From Camelus ferus (taxonomy: Eukaryota): a DNA stretch of 64,000 nucleotides. The notes below the pieces were generated by a model that was not told the origin of the DNA, did not search any database, and was given only the letters and a program-made list of their open reading frames with translations. Below are positions 24,713-37,749 of the stretch, piece by piece. The position numbers and the translations under genes are program-made. The stretch spans positions 53,570,001-53,634,000 of the forward strand of contig NC_045697.1 in assembly GCF_009834535.1 (NCBI RefSeq). The letters run 5' to 3'. How positions within the stretch are numbered: position 1 is the stretch's first letter; each line of letters opens with the position of its first letter.

Positions 24713-26448
24713 AGTGTTGATTTTTAAAAAGTGATACAGAAATTATATATATTATTTTTCTCACATGCCTTTAAAAGAAATGAAAAATCTAGGGAGCCTA
24801 GAAAAATTATCTACAGATTGATATCTAAAGCCAGCATGACTTACTACTGGGAGATTGGTAACTGTCCTCCACTGAAATTCGCTCTCACCTACATTAAGGC
24901 ATTTTGCCATAAATTCAGGCTACCTCTAAGAATTCTTTGAAATTAAAAGGTATCTCTGTAGACTCATCATGTAGGATTGAAATAATAGATTCAAGCAATA
25001 ACAATATTTACATGGCAATTCAAATTTAATAGTCATTTATCCATTTTATGTTATTTATATAATCTCCACTGTGTTCATGATTCATTTTGTGTAATGATAT
25101 AACTATAGGAAAAAGATTGGTGGTAAATTTTAATTCCCTATTTTCTGTTTTATAAGTCTTCAGTATAACATTTGAAATGTCTTATAAAATTATTTAACAA
25201 CTTGCATAGTTTTGCTCAATTTCATTCTCTTCACATTTAATTGGCTTTCTACTTGATACTGTGCATAACTTGATACATTCACATAATTTTAGTGAATACT
25301 TTAGGTCTTTCTTAAAATGTGGTCTACAGGTTATGCAAAATAATTCCACCTAAGGAGTCAGTAATCAAGGCAGGAGAATGTCATATACATGGAGCAAGAC
25401 ATCCAAAGAACACAGACATATTGGTAGGGAAACTGTGAGTTAGTGTTCTCATCCAATCTCTGGCAATTTCAAGTGAGTGTCCTTGGATAATGCTTCTTTA
25501 TTATCACATTAAAGCATTGACTCCATAACCTCAGACTAATAGGTTCAAACACTACAAAGTAGTAATGATTCTAAAAAAAAGGCTATCGAATCTGGGATAT
25601 ATGTGATCATCAATTTGAATATAATCCTTAAAAAGGAGAAATCTCATCTGCATTTCTCTTTACTTAGTTGCAAAACATGTTTTCTGTGCATAAAAATGAA
25701 TGACTTGGTCATTTGCAAGTAATACTTCTTCTCCACAGTCTCCTAAAATGAATACTTAGAGTCCGTCCCTTTCAAAAAACATCTTTTAAAGGTAACACTA
25801 AAATAAGTGTGTGATATTGATAATGCATATGTGTATACTTCAAATTCCAAAGGGGGCTGTATTGGGTATAAAGTATTCAGGGAATTCCTGCTGAGAAAAT
25901 AATGGTAAATCAATTGAATTGAAGGGATTTGACTCAGGAAGATAAGGTAAACTGATACTGGTGAGATTCAGAATGTATAATAAACTAGAAGGGAGAAATA
26001 TAGTCCTGACTGGAAAAGAGAAAAATATTGAGAGTTGATTTGGTATTCATATGATGGGGCTAATCTGTCATGTGCCATTTAATTGGAAAGAAACAATTGA
26101 TATTAAACTCATCAGTACTTGGAGTTGTGGTTAAATTTTTCATTAAATTTATTTTGTACAACTATTTTTATTAGATTTTATTGAATTTATTTTATTGAAT
26201 TTATTTTTATTTTACACATTACTGTTCTTTTACTACCCATTCTCTATCTTCCTTCTTTTCTTCCTTCTTCCTTCCTTATTACTTTAAACTCCCATTTCTT
26301 TTAACATCTAGGTGTGATAAGTCATCTACAGAACCTAGATTTATTTTTTTCCTTAATAGCACATTGGAAAAATCACTGGTATAATTTTTCCACAGCAAAC
26401 ATATATATACGCTAATAACCCCCAGCCAACTTTCTTCATTTTCTCCAG

Positions 26449-26597
26449 GAAGACCCACTACATTGTGTGAGACTATGGGGAAAGCAGAAATTTGGCTAAT
26501 CCGAACATACTGGGATTTTGAATTTCCTCGTCCGTACTTACCTAATTTTGAGTTTGTAGGAGGACTGCATTGTAAGCCTGCCAAACCGTTACCTAAG
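26449..26597 (+). CDS. UGT2A1: UGT2A common exon 2
   Basis: ttttctccag|GA AGA CCC...CCT AAG|gtaggt; 149 nt; (G)[49 protein letters not shown]. Confidence 0.96.
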
Positions 26598-28001
26598 GTA
26601 GGTCTATTATGGTGGAGGGCTTTTTTGTACCTTATAATAAAAGCCTGATTTTCCTTTAAAGTTTGCAGGATTAATAACAGAGATACGCTGCTGGCTATCT
26701 TCAGTTTGCTACTCCAAATCTATTTTCAAAATCACGGGGGTCTCCTAGGAGTGATATTACTTTTTTTTTTTGGACTTGACTTTGATATTTAAGGAGAAGA
26801 ATGAAGGGACAGGAAATGTGAGTCTTGGAAATCACTAGGGAGACTGCTGCAGAGACGTCCTAAAAAGCATGATGGAATTATGAATAGAGACATTTACTAC
26901 AATTGTTTGAATGATAAAGATGCTTTCCTGAGGACTCTTGGGAAGATTCTTGCTGACAAACTTTGGTCAGTAAGAAGTTAAGTGTTATGGAAGACATGGA
27001 ATCAGATGGGGCTTCTTGGATAGCAGTGACCTTTACTGAGCTAGGAAACAATTAGTGGAAAAAACTTTTTTGAGATGACAATATGAGTTAAATTTCAAAT
27101 TTACTTACAGAAGTTAAAGGGATTTTCAGGTGGAGGTTTCTAGAAATCATCTGAGTAATACAAGGTTTCAGTCTCAGCAGAGAGCATTAGAAATAATTGA
27201 GAGTCGTCAACGTAAAGTAGAAATCATAAAACTAGAACCCCAAATGTTGAATTGGTTCTTTATGACCATGATATCAGGATGTTTTAAGAAAGAAAACCGT
27301 ATACCATATTCCAATGTCCTCAAAGAATAAATATGGCCTGCCAGAAATATTGGAAGAAAACGATATAGAGAAACAAAACAGAATAATAGGTAAACACAGT
27401 AAGAATATCATATTTAAGAATCTTTATCAATAGGGAGTGAAGAGACAGATCCTTATTTGCTTAGGTTGTAGGTAAAGGAGCATAATCTCTGTAGAAGATA
27501 GCAGGTTAAATGGTGTTCCCAGGACAGGCCCTGATATGTTTAGGGTAAGATGGGTATCTTAAGCCTAAAATTTCGCTTCAGGATTCTGAATATGCTTTTC
27601 ATACCAACCAGGTTATAGCTGCAAGCAAGCTGTAATGAGTGTTATTGTGGGAGATAATAAACCAGTATCTAAAATAAAGGTACGGAAAAAGATATGTATT
27701 CCCTGGCTCACTAGATAATACCTTGCCACGCTATTATGTTTGTCCTTCCACCTCCACTTTTCACATATAGACAGCTACACAAAAATGACTCAGGCATGCT
27801 TTACAAGAGAGAAAATTATTCCATCCTAAGCCGACTTATTAACATAGACTTTTGGGCAATATGAACACCAATCATGGCTTATGTCCCTGATGAAAGAATT
27901 ATGCCATCACTGGATTCACAGAGTAGAAGAGCAATGAGAGTTAAATCAAGAATCCAAATCAAACAGGTAGGTGTGTAAGTCTTTATATACCTGTGTGCCT
28001 T

Positions 28002-28003
<2 letters not shown>

Positions 28004-28032
<29 letters not shown>
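28004..28032. repeat. (TG)n microsatellite
   Basis: About 14 TG units, directly visible. Confidence 0.9.
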
Positions 28033-28035
<3 letters not shown>

Positions 28036-29077
28036 ATTCGATCACCATCTGTTTAGGGAGATGAATCAAAATGATAAAACCAATTCCTGGGACTTCAGAG
28101 ATACTCTCCTAACATAAACTAAACTAAAAATAGAAGTCTACTTTCATTTATGGCATCTTCCTTCCCCTAGTAATTTTACTAGCCTTTAATTGAGAAACAT
28201 CAGTGATTGCCATCTGACCACAAATGATTACAAAGATAACGCATGACACATCTCTAGAGAGTGGTATTTACATAGATTGTGTCAAAGACCCCAATTCCAG
28301 ACTTTACTGTGCCCAACTTGCCCACTGTAAGTGATGATCAAGAGAACTCTATTTGTAGAGAAAAGTGTATTTTACTTCCATGCTAAGGCTTAAATTACGG
28401 ACATGCAGTCAGTGTTGCACTCTTATGGGTAGGCAGAGAAGCACTCTCTCATAAATGTTATATGATTATACCAGGAGTTTAACTGCATTATCATCTTTTA
28501 AAAATCAATTTTATTTATTCCTTTTCTAAAAAAACCAAAAACCAAAAAACAAACACAAACAAAAAACCCTGCTTTTTTTAGTCTTATTAATCAGGGAGAA
28601 AATAAACATGAGAAAAATATCCTGAATGCCTAACAGAAAGTTAGTTCAAGTTATTCATAATTTACTGGCTATAAACAGCACGCTAAAAATTTTAAAGGTC
28701 TAGTGCAGAACCTTTATTTGAGATTCCTTCCGAGGAATATTTTTGTGAGTTTGCAAACAACTCTGTTGGTTCATAAAATTAAGCCTTGGGAGTAATATTT
28801 CCATATACCACAACATTTGCCTCTTATCACCTATTCATTTTGTATAATGGTTTGGTTCCAAATATTTATTTGTAATCACTCTTTATTTATTTGTCATAGT
28901 TTTCAGAAACATATACACTCTTAAAGAGACTAGATAGTTCTATTTGGCAGAAGACAGAACCAGTCTAACAGTGTCCCTGATGCTTCTCTTGAGTTTGCCT
29001 ATTTTGAAGGGTAGGAGAACTCTTTGTTTCCCCTGTGATCTTATACTTGTATAATAGAGAGAATTTTATCTCTTCAG

Positions 29078-29209
29078 GAAATGGAAGAATTTGTCCAAAG
29101 TTCAGGTGAAGATGGTATTGTGATATTTTCTCTGGGATCAATGGTCAAAAATCTCACGGAAGAAAAAGCCAATCTCATTGCCTCAGCCCTTGCCCAGATT
29201 CCACAGAAG
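29078..29209 (+). CDS. UGT2A1: UGT2A common exon 3
   Basis: tctcttcag|GAA ATG...CAG AAG|gttagt; 132 nt; [44 protein letters not shown]. Confidence 0.96.
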
Positions 29210-30066
29210 GTTAGTACAAACTCCAGTCCAAGTGGGCAGCCCTTTTGCCAACTGGGAAGAGACTGTAGCTAATAGTACTCTTTCCAGACGAAAGCTGCAC
29301 CACTTTAAGCGAAAATTTCTCAAGACATTAAAATGTTGTATTTTGGGCACATTTTACCATTTGCCTACTGAGACTTCATATTTCTATGAAAATGCATCTT
29401 TTCATGAAGTCATTTATTTTCAGTGAAATAGAGATGAAAATGTTATGATCCTAATAACTTTTTACTATTTGAAATCTTGTGACTTGCATTGACGATTCCC
29501 CAAAATTCTCAAGTGTGTTAGCTCCAAGGTCCAGGAAAGAGAGGTGATACATAGAGTAGAGGGAACTCATGCTCAGGTATATATTTTACATCTCTAGGTT
29601 TTACTAAGACCCAATTAAAGTGTAGTTGGTTTAGGAGTAGAAGACTAATATCTCTAAATTGAATATTCAACAATCAAACAGTAGCTCTTAATGTTATTGT
29701 CAAACAATATATTTTTCTAATTTATGACACTTAATTAATTTTAATTTTGTTGCCATTACAGTTCTAAATTTCTACTCCTTATATACTCCTATTCATGAAA
29801 TACCCTAGGTCTCTATATTTGTATATTAAAGTACATAAAACTCTAGTAAGTGTACTAATTAGCCATGTTGAAACTTTGAATTTTTATTTCTAAACTTTTC
29901 TGTTAAAGAGTTTGCCACCTATTATATTTAATCTGAAATTCGTCATACAGAGTTCCCCCAAAGGAAAAAAAAATAAACTATGTAACAAAAGGTTAACATC
30001 CTAACAAGGTACTTCATTATATAATAGAGTATAAGCAACTCTCTATATCATCCTCCCTTAAAAACT

Positions 30067-30137
30067 AAAAAGAAGGAAGGAAGGAAGGAAGGAAGGAAGG
30101 AAGGAAGGAAGGGAGGGAGGGAGGGAGGGAGGGAGGA

Positions 30138-30204
<67 letters not shown>

Positions 30205-30315
30205 GAAGGAAGGAAGGAAGGAAGGAAGGAAGGAAGGAAGGAAGGAAGGAAGGAAGGAAGGAAGGAAAGAAGGAAGGAAGGAAGGAAAGAAGGAAGGAAG
30301 AGGAGGAAGAAAAGA
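30067..30315. repeat. Compound (GGAA)n(GGGA)n(GAAA)n(GGAA)n purine tract
   Basis: 249 nt with only A and G on the + strand. Confidence 0.95.
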
Positions 30316-30751
30316 CAATCTATTATCAGAAAAGCAGACAATAAAAATTTAAAGCTAATTATATTTTTGGAAAACATTCCATTTGAAATATGGCATAAGA
30401 AGGCCTCATGAAAAATTTACATAGTATTCATGTTTGTTTTAATGTTTTTAATCTTCATATGCTGTCTAAACTAGCCCTGTTCATTTTTTATTTCTTCACC
30501 TACAATCTCACCTCCAAAAGATTTTAAATAGTGATACTATGCTTAACAGGTTATGAGTACAAGCCTTTTCAAAAAAGGTAAAGGCAAATAGTCCTACCTT
30601 CTCTCTTAATGTTCACAAACTACCTCTTTCATGAATTCCTCTCAACAATTACATAAAGTAGGGTGGGCTATGTGATTTCTAAATAACTCAACAGCCTTAA
30701 AATGCCTTAGCTTTGTGTTTTTATTTACAAAACTAAAGTATTATTCCACAG

Positions 30752-30839
30752 GTTTTATGGAGATACAAAGGAAAGGAACCAGCCACATTAGGAGCCAACA
30801 CTCGGCTCTATGATTGGATACCACAGAATGATCTTCTTG
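30752..30839 (+). CDS. UGT2A1: UGT2A common exon 4 (too short for the ORF track)
   Basis: ttccacag|GTT TTA TGG...CTT CTT G|gtaaga; 88 nt; [29 protein letters not shown](G). Confidence 0.96.
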
Positions 30840-31292
30840 GTAAGACTGAGGGAAAAAAGCTGTACTGCTGGATGATGTACAGGTTAAGTAACTGTTTAAC
30901 AGCAAATGAATTCAATAAATATTTAAATTTCCACATCTTACTTCTAGTTTTAAAGCGGATATAATTCAATAACTTGCCTTAATTGTATAGATCCATGCTT
31001 CCTCTGGCTTGCGAAAGAGCATCTTCAGTTTCAGAGTCTCATCACTCCTCAGGTTGCAATCTCAGTTCAGATGTTATCTCCTCAATAAAGCCAGCGCAGA
31101 GGGAGTTAATTCCACCTTTTTCAGGGATCACAGTTTTCTGATATAGCAATACCCCATGTGCTCAGCTTTTGTAGAAAATACTGCCTCCTTCATTAAGTTA
31201 TCCAGTAGTTATCCCCATCTGTCTCTGAAATTCTGTTAGTATATTATGTATAATGAAATCCTCACCCACTTCTCACTGGATCCTCAATCTAG

Positions 31293-31512
31293 GTCATCCC
31301 AAAGCAAGAGCTTTTATCACTCATGGTGGAACCAATGGGATTTATGAAGCTATCTACCACGGGGTGCCTATGGTGGGGGTACCCATGTTTGCTGATCAGC
31401 CCGATAACATTGCTCACATGAAGGCCAAAGGAGCAGCTGTGGAGGTGAACATAAACACAATGACAAGTGCAGATTTGCTCAGCGCCTTGACAACAGTCAT
31501 TAATGAACCTTC
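31293..31512 (+). CDS. UGT2A1: UGT2A common exon 5 (UDP-sugar signature)
   Basis: caatctag|GT CAT CCC...CCT TC|gtaagt; 220 nt; [38 protein letters not shown]. Confidence 0.96.
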
Positions 31513-32127
31513 GTAAGTACTACTGCTTTTAAAGGCTTAGCATTAATTATGTTACCCATCATACTCAAAAATGTCCAATGTTTCACGCATTTCTAATTGG
31601 TTTATTTTCAAACAACAGCCATAACATGACCGTATAGAAACCATTTTATTATTTCACTCCCAGATTGCTGAAGTGATTGGCTAATATTGAGAAAAAAAAC
31701 AGTAAGAGTTCAAATATTTGATTAATTTTTTAAAGATAAATAATGTTAATGATCACATAAATTCTCAGATATTTTTCTGGATAATTTGCTTATTTTATAA
31801 AAAATATCTATGTTTGGCTAAGTATTATGACCATTCAGTAAGTACAGAAATAGATGTGGCAATTTACCCAATATTAATTATTCAGAAATAATAATTGTTA
31901 ATGCTGAGTGTTTATCTTTAATCAATATATGCAGATATACAAGGAGGAGAGATTGGAGTAGTTAATAATTTTATAAATATACATTGATGCTATATATAGA
32001 TTTTTAAACAAATTTTAAAATTTTATCTGATTTAGCTATAAAGTAAATTTATAAACTATATAAACTATATGAACCTTAGATACATATGATTATGAGTTTT
32101 TTCTCTGAAAGATCTCATCAAGGTTAA

Positions 32128-32260
32128 GTATTTATTTATTTATTTATTTGTTTATTTATTTATTTATTTATGTTGGGGGTAGGTAATTAGGTTTATTTAT
32201 CTATTTATTTTTTAATGGATGTACGGGGGATTGAACCCACCACTGAGTTATGCCCCCTCC
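32128..32260 (-). mobile_element. Camelid tRNA-derived SINE (Vic-1-like), internally deleted
   Basis: Minus strand reads ggagggggcataactcagtggt-gggttcaatcccccgtacatccattaaaaaataaatagataaataaacctaattacct then a (TAAA)n tail. Flanking AAGGTTAA repeat at 32120-32127 and 32263-32270. Confidence 0.75.
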
Positions 32261-35200
32261 TTAAGGTTAATAATTAATAATATATGTATATATAGTCTTT
32301 ATTTTTAACTATGTATTTTAATTTTAGCCTCTAATAGCTGAAGTTGGAAGCAACCTCATCTCTAATATGTATTACTTAAGTATTTAATTTGTCAATATTT
32401 ATGGCAGTATGTTTCTCACATCTACTTATTCTTTAACTATATTTTAAGGGAATCAATGTTCACAATTGAATCAGAGATTTTTTGTTTCAAGTTATTTTGG
32501 ATTCATTCTTAACTGAAACATATCACATGAAATTTTCTTGCAGTAAAGTCTCATGGACACTGAATTCCCTGAGATCATGGTTAGAAACATTTGCTCATTG
32601 CCTTGATAGGAGAATGACACCTATCTGAATATAACATGCTTAGTTTTCATTTTCTTTCCTCCAGAACTGTATAATATGACTAGCTTTAACTGTTGCTGTA
32701 AGATTTTGAGGACTTTTCTGATCAGCGTTACTTTTTAAGAGGTTTTTAAGAACTGGAAATAGTTATTATTTTTTTAATTCAGAAACTTAATTATGGTATA
32801 TACTTATACTTCATTTTCTACATTTTCTTGGGATTATAGTGTATCCTTTCAACACTGTTAATCTAGGATGAAAATTATTCAATTTTTCTTTTTGTAAATT
32901 AATTTGTTATTTATTAGACTTTTAGTTCCATTTTTTATCTCTTCATGGATAAAATGTTCTTTGTGTTTATTTTAGTTTGTTTCCTTCCTCTTTTATTTTC
33001 TAATTGTTCTAATGATTTTTTGCTTTTCTCAATTCACTGATTTTCCTCAAATAGTTTATAAATTAGTAAATTAACTTTTTCATAATGAGCATTACTTGCT
33101 GTTTGTAATTTCCTTAATTAAACTTTGGAAGTGCTATTGTAACAATTTATTTCATCACCTCACCTGTATCTTTTATTACCTCTTCTTGTTTCATAATCTG
33201 ATTTTTGATCTCTTATTCATAGCTCTCACATTCTTACTGTACTTAAACTCTCCTCTTCTTTGGAATTATGAATTATGCCTAACTGCATTCTGTCATTTTT
33301 ATGTTTTTCTCCCCAATATTGTGTAAGTTGTTTTCACTGCATGTTTTTCATCTTGTTTTCAGTATCTGTTCTGAATTTGTATAGATGCCTTACAGTTAAA
33401 TTTGTTTCCAGTTTATGTCAGACTCAATTATTTTTGCTAAAATGCAAAACTTGAAAGATAGTTGTAACATTCTAGTTGCATTACTGAAACCTGATATTCA
33501 GGTGCTGGGGGAGAAAGTAAACTCAGATGGAATTTTGTGGAGCTTTTTTAAAGTGGAACTGGTCTGTGTAAAACCATCTGTTCAAAGCCCTATTAGCAAC
33601 GCTTTCTAGACAAAGTGATCAATATATTCATTTCCAAAAGGGAAGACACTCAATATTTTCCTTGAATGCATCCTAAAAAAATCAGCCAGCCCTGGTGGTC
33701 CATTTTCTCCTCCCACCCACATTCTAATCAAAAGATTGTCTTTAAGATGCAAGTTCAAATCATAATTTTCAGAATATTATAGATATCATCTTGAGCTGGA
33801 AGGAGGGGTTAGGAACTTCAGCAAGGCTTACTACAATCTTTCATTTCTCATAAGTGATGATGTCGATATTTAACCTATTAGGCTATTACCAAGTTGTTAA
33901 TTGCTGATAATTTGGTTCATTTTTACTAAATGTCAGAGTAGGTAAATTCTGTAAATTTTTAAAATTCTACTTCATTTTAGAATGCTCACTAAATTTTATT
34001 GTTAACTTGAAAACTATTGATGCAACAAATTATACTCTTAGAATTTTCCAAGATAATACCTAAAATTATTTATTTTAAAATACCTTAACGTTAACCCTAA
34101 ACCTAACACTAAGTTTGAAATTATCTGGAAACAAATGTGTTTAGTGTAGAGTATATATATACAATGTACTTATATTTTGTTTTCTTATTCTTTATGGGAG
34201 TTAAGGAACACAAATATTACATCTAAATACATAAACCATAGTAATTTCAAGTACTCATGACATTTTAAGATAACAGTAATAAAACAATAGCGTATAGTAA
34301 AATATTACATCATCATTTTAAATATGAGCATAGTCTTTTTTATCCTATCTCATTTGTAGGAAAGCATACTTTATTTTTATTTGGATTCACATGTGCAGAC
34401 GTACCTATCAAGTGTTAGCTTGTTTCAAATTTTAAATCTCTATCTAGAGAAAACCTTGAACAAAAATGTGATTTGGACAGGTAGGCTCTTATTACCATTG
34501 TCGTTTGCTTAAAATGTATTAGGATGAACCTTGTGAAATTACTCTTTTGGCCCTACCTATACTACAGTATTTCAAACCAATTGAAAGAAGGTATGATTAT
34601 TCTTTCTCACTGCACACAAAAAAGAGCACAAGTCAATTACCTCTTTCTGCTGGACCTTGTGTACCATGTTCACTGATGAATGATGATCTCATTTCTTCTC
34701 CAATCCCAACAACGTCCAACTTGCACCAGGACATCTCTTCACAAATCACTTACCTTATGTCATCTTCATGTCTCCAGGTTGGAATTTTATTTCACAAAAC
34801 CAAAGGGAAGCATACTCATTTTGGCTCAGCCACCAAGAAATCTCAAGTGAAAGCATAACTAGCTTTCTGAATACATGTCTATATCTATTGTTGCTTGAGA
34901 GACCATTAGAGTTGTTAGGTGTTGTTGCTGTGATGCTACATTGATTATGGGCTTTAATTCTAGTGAGATATTTCTTTTTACCTTAAAAACTCAAAATCTG
35001 CGTCCTTGTCATTTCTAAAATTACTCCAGTATCTTCATCCAGTCTTGACACTGCCAATATGGACATGGTCTTTCCCATCACAAAGACACGAGTGCATGCA
35101 ATGGAGGAATTATCACAGTGCCAAGATCTCAGACACTGCAAAAATGGCTCACTAATGTTGACTCTCAGTCGCCTATGTCCGTCATCATTAACTAACCAGA

Positions 35201-35585
35201 CATTAAAGACCATGCTTGTGGACTTTCAAATGGATATTTTCTCTCAGTATAGGGTTATTCACAATCTTGGTCTTGGAAACAGTCTGGCAACTATACTTCA
35301 CACAATATCAAAATTCTTTTTTGGAAAAATGAGCCTATACATTTACAATTGGCTTATTACATTTTTTATATGTTTGCACTTCACCACACTCTGTTAGGAA
35401 TGTATTTCCTCCACACCCTCCCTTCACCACTCTTAAAATGCTATGCAAGAAGCAAAGTTCATGCCACAGCAAGAGTTAAATTATTTTCTCTACATACCTA
35501 TGGGTTGCATAACATGCAACATGCATCCCATACTTACCTTTAATGAAAACCAAAACTCTCTAATTTCTATGTTTTTGCCTACCAG

Positions 35586-35865
35586 TTATAAAGAGAATGC
35601 TATGAGGTTATCAAGGATTCACCATGATCAGCCAGTGAAGCCCCTGGACCGAGCAGTCTTCTGGATTGAGTTTGTCATGCGCCATAAAGGAGCCAAGCAC
35701 CTGCGGCCAGCCGCCCACAACCTCACCTGGTACCAGTACCACTCTCTGGATGTGATTGCGTTCCTGCTGGCCTGTGTGGCAACTGCTATATTTTTGGTCA
35801 CAAAATGTTGCTTGTTTTCTTACAGACAATTTGTTAAAACAGGAAAGAAGGAAAAGAGAGAATAG
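35586..35865 (+). CDS. UGT2A1: UGT2A common exon 6 (TM helix and ER-retrieval tail)
   Basis: gcctaccag|T TAT AAA GAG...GAA TAG; 280 nt; [40 protein letters not shown]...[17 protein letters not shown]...KKEKRE (KxKxx). Confidence 0.96.
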
Positions 35866-37221
35866 ATCTTTCTAAGTGTGCTAAAGGCTTCAATGGGCAA
35901 TTCTGTTCTTTCTAGCTACAGTAACCTTAATGAAAGCATATCATCTCCAACCTGTTTTCAAAATTCTCATTCTTCTACCTCCTTATACTAGAGATAAAGT
36001 TTTTAATTCAACAATATCATTAATTAGTTAGCATGTCCTATTCATCCTTTGTCTTCTCTCAGCTGGCTTTACCCTCTTTTTCAAACTTTCCTGACAAGGA
36101 CACACTAGTAATTTTATGTATATTCTATTCATATTATACATTTTTTCTCTATTTTTCACCTTAACTGATATGCTGAATGACAATTTGGTGAATCCTGGGG
36201 AACATACAAGTAGAAACTGAAGCTGATAGATTCAGAGAAGACAGAAGACTAAAATTTACAAGTTCCCCTAGAACATATAAATTAGGAGACCATCATAGGA
36301 GGCTAGTGTGTTAATAAGATGGGTAATAATTTCATTTGTCATAAAAATAAGACCTTCTGACTTCCCAGTGTTCCTGGGGTCAGAGCATGAATTGATACTA
36401 ACTGATGGTTCATCACACCAGGAAAGGTCTACAGATTTTCATTGAAAACATAATCACACCTACATTCCTGCCTTAAGTCAACAAGTATTTTTGTGTGTCC
36501 TTGAGTGCAAGAGTCTGGGCACTGCCTTCAAACAAAAGAGACTGACTGAGTCCTTGGTTTTTCTCGGGGACAGAGAATGTCAGCAGAATTTTAAAGGTGA
36601 ATAGATCATTTTTAGAGAAAACAATAAATATAGAAAAAAAGTTTTAAAGATTTATGAAATGTTAAAAATACAATTGATAATCTTAAAGTTAAATATCAAT
36701 TCATTATATTTAAATATCATTAATGCTCAAAATCCATAATCATTATTTATAATCAAGGCTTTGTTTTCTGTCAAAAAACAAATATTTACTTTGAATGTAA
36801 AATCTTTATATTATTTTTCAGTCTCTATCTTCTACAAATTTAAATTCATCAATTAATTGTTATGCCAAGGACATAAGATGTTAGTAGACCTGCTCAACCA
36901 AGCATATGCTATAGTATATTTTTATTAAAGCACTAATTAAAGACAAATGTTCATACTCAAATCAGTTTTGATTAATTTAATAAATAGATTAAAGATTGCA
37001 CTTTCTTTACCCCTTATAAACTTAATGACATGTCTAACTAAAGTTTTAATTTTAGTACTTGACATAGTTGAAGAAATAAATAACATCCATTGGCTTACCG
37101 AAATTTTTGAAATTCTTATTTATTTCAATATGGTATATTGAAAATGTTTTCCAATTTGAAAATAATTGTATGGTGGTAACACAAGTATTTCTTCTTGAAT
37201 ATGTACATTACTGAAAATGCA

Positions 37222-37227
37222 AATAAA
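37222..37227 (+). terminator. Candidate polyadenylation signal
   Basis: AATAAA followed by a T/GT-rich tract just before repeats resume. Other AATAAA at 36623, 36979 and 37075 cannot be excluded. Confidence 0.45.
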
Positions 37228-37749
37228 TTCTACACATTTTTTGTGAAAATTGAAATTGTATTTGTTAAATGTTAACATTTGTAAAAGGTGATTCATGTTG
37301 ATGTGTTTTGACTTTTACAATTTTATTGTTTTGAGAAGAGCTGTTTATGTTTGCTCTATGCTTAGTTTATGTTCTGTAATTAGAATGCAGCGAATGGCTA
37401 AGATGGAATGAGAGATGGGCTGCCATCCCTGGCGCTGAGCATTACCTAAGTACAGGCACCTATTTGTGTCCTAAGACTGGACACCCCATTATATACAATG
37501 CTCAGTAGCCACTGCTCACCTGATTTCTCCTTTTCTGCTCTCTGATTATTTACAGGGTTCTTCCTTTGCCTGAATTTCATCAGAAGCCAGCTGGCAAAAA
37601 AATGCCTGGGTGATACCAACTGTATTAGTTAGATTAACTGCAGTATATACTTGAATTTAAAAAAAAAGTCTTTTCTTAGCAGTCATTCACAAAACTATTC
37701 ATTCTAGGAAACTCTCATCCCTAACAAGGCAGAAACCAAATCCCACCAG

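Noticed and set aside
30048..30377. FLPS-repeat ORFs
   Set aside because: Translation of the purine microsatellite.
34091..34113. taaccctaaacctaacactaag, telomere-like
   Set aside because: Only about three degenerate units in AT-rich DNA.
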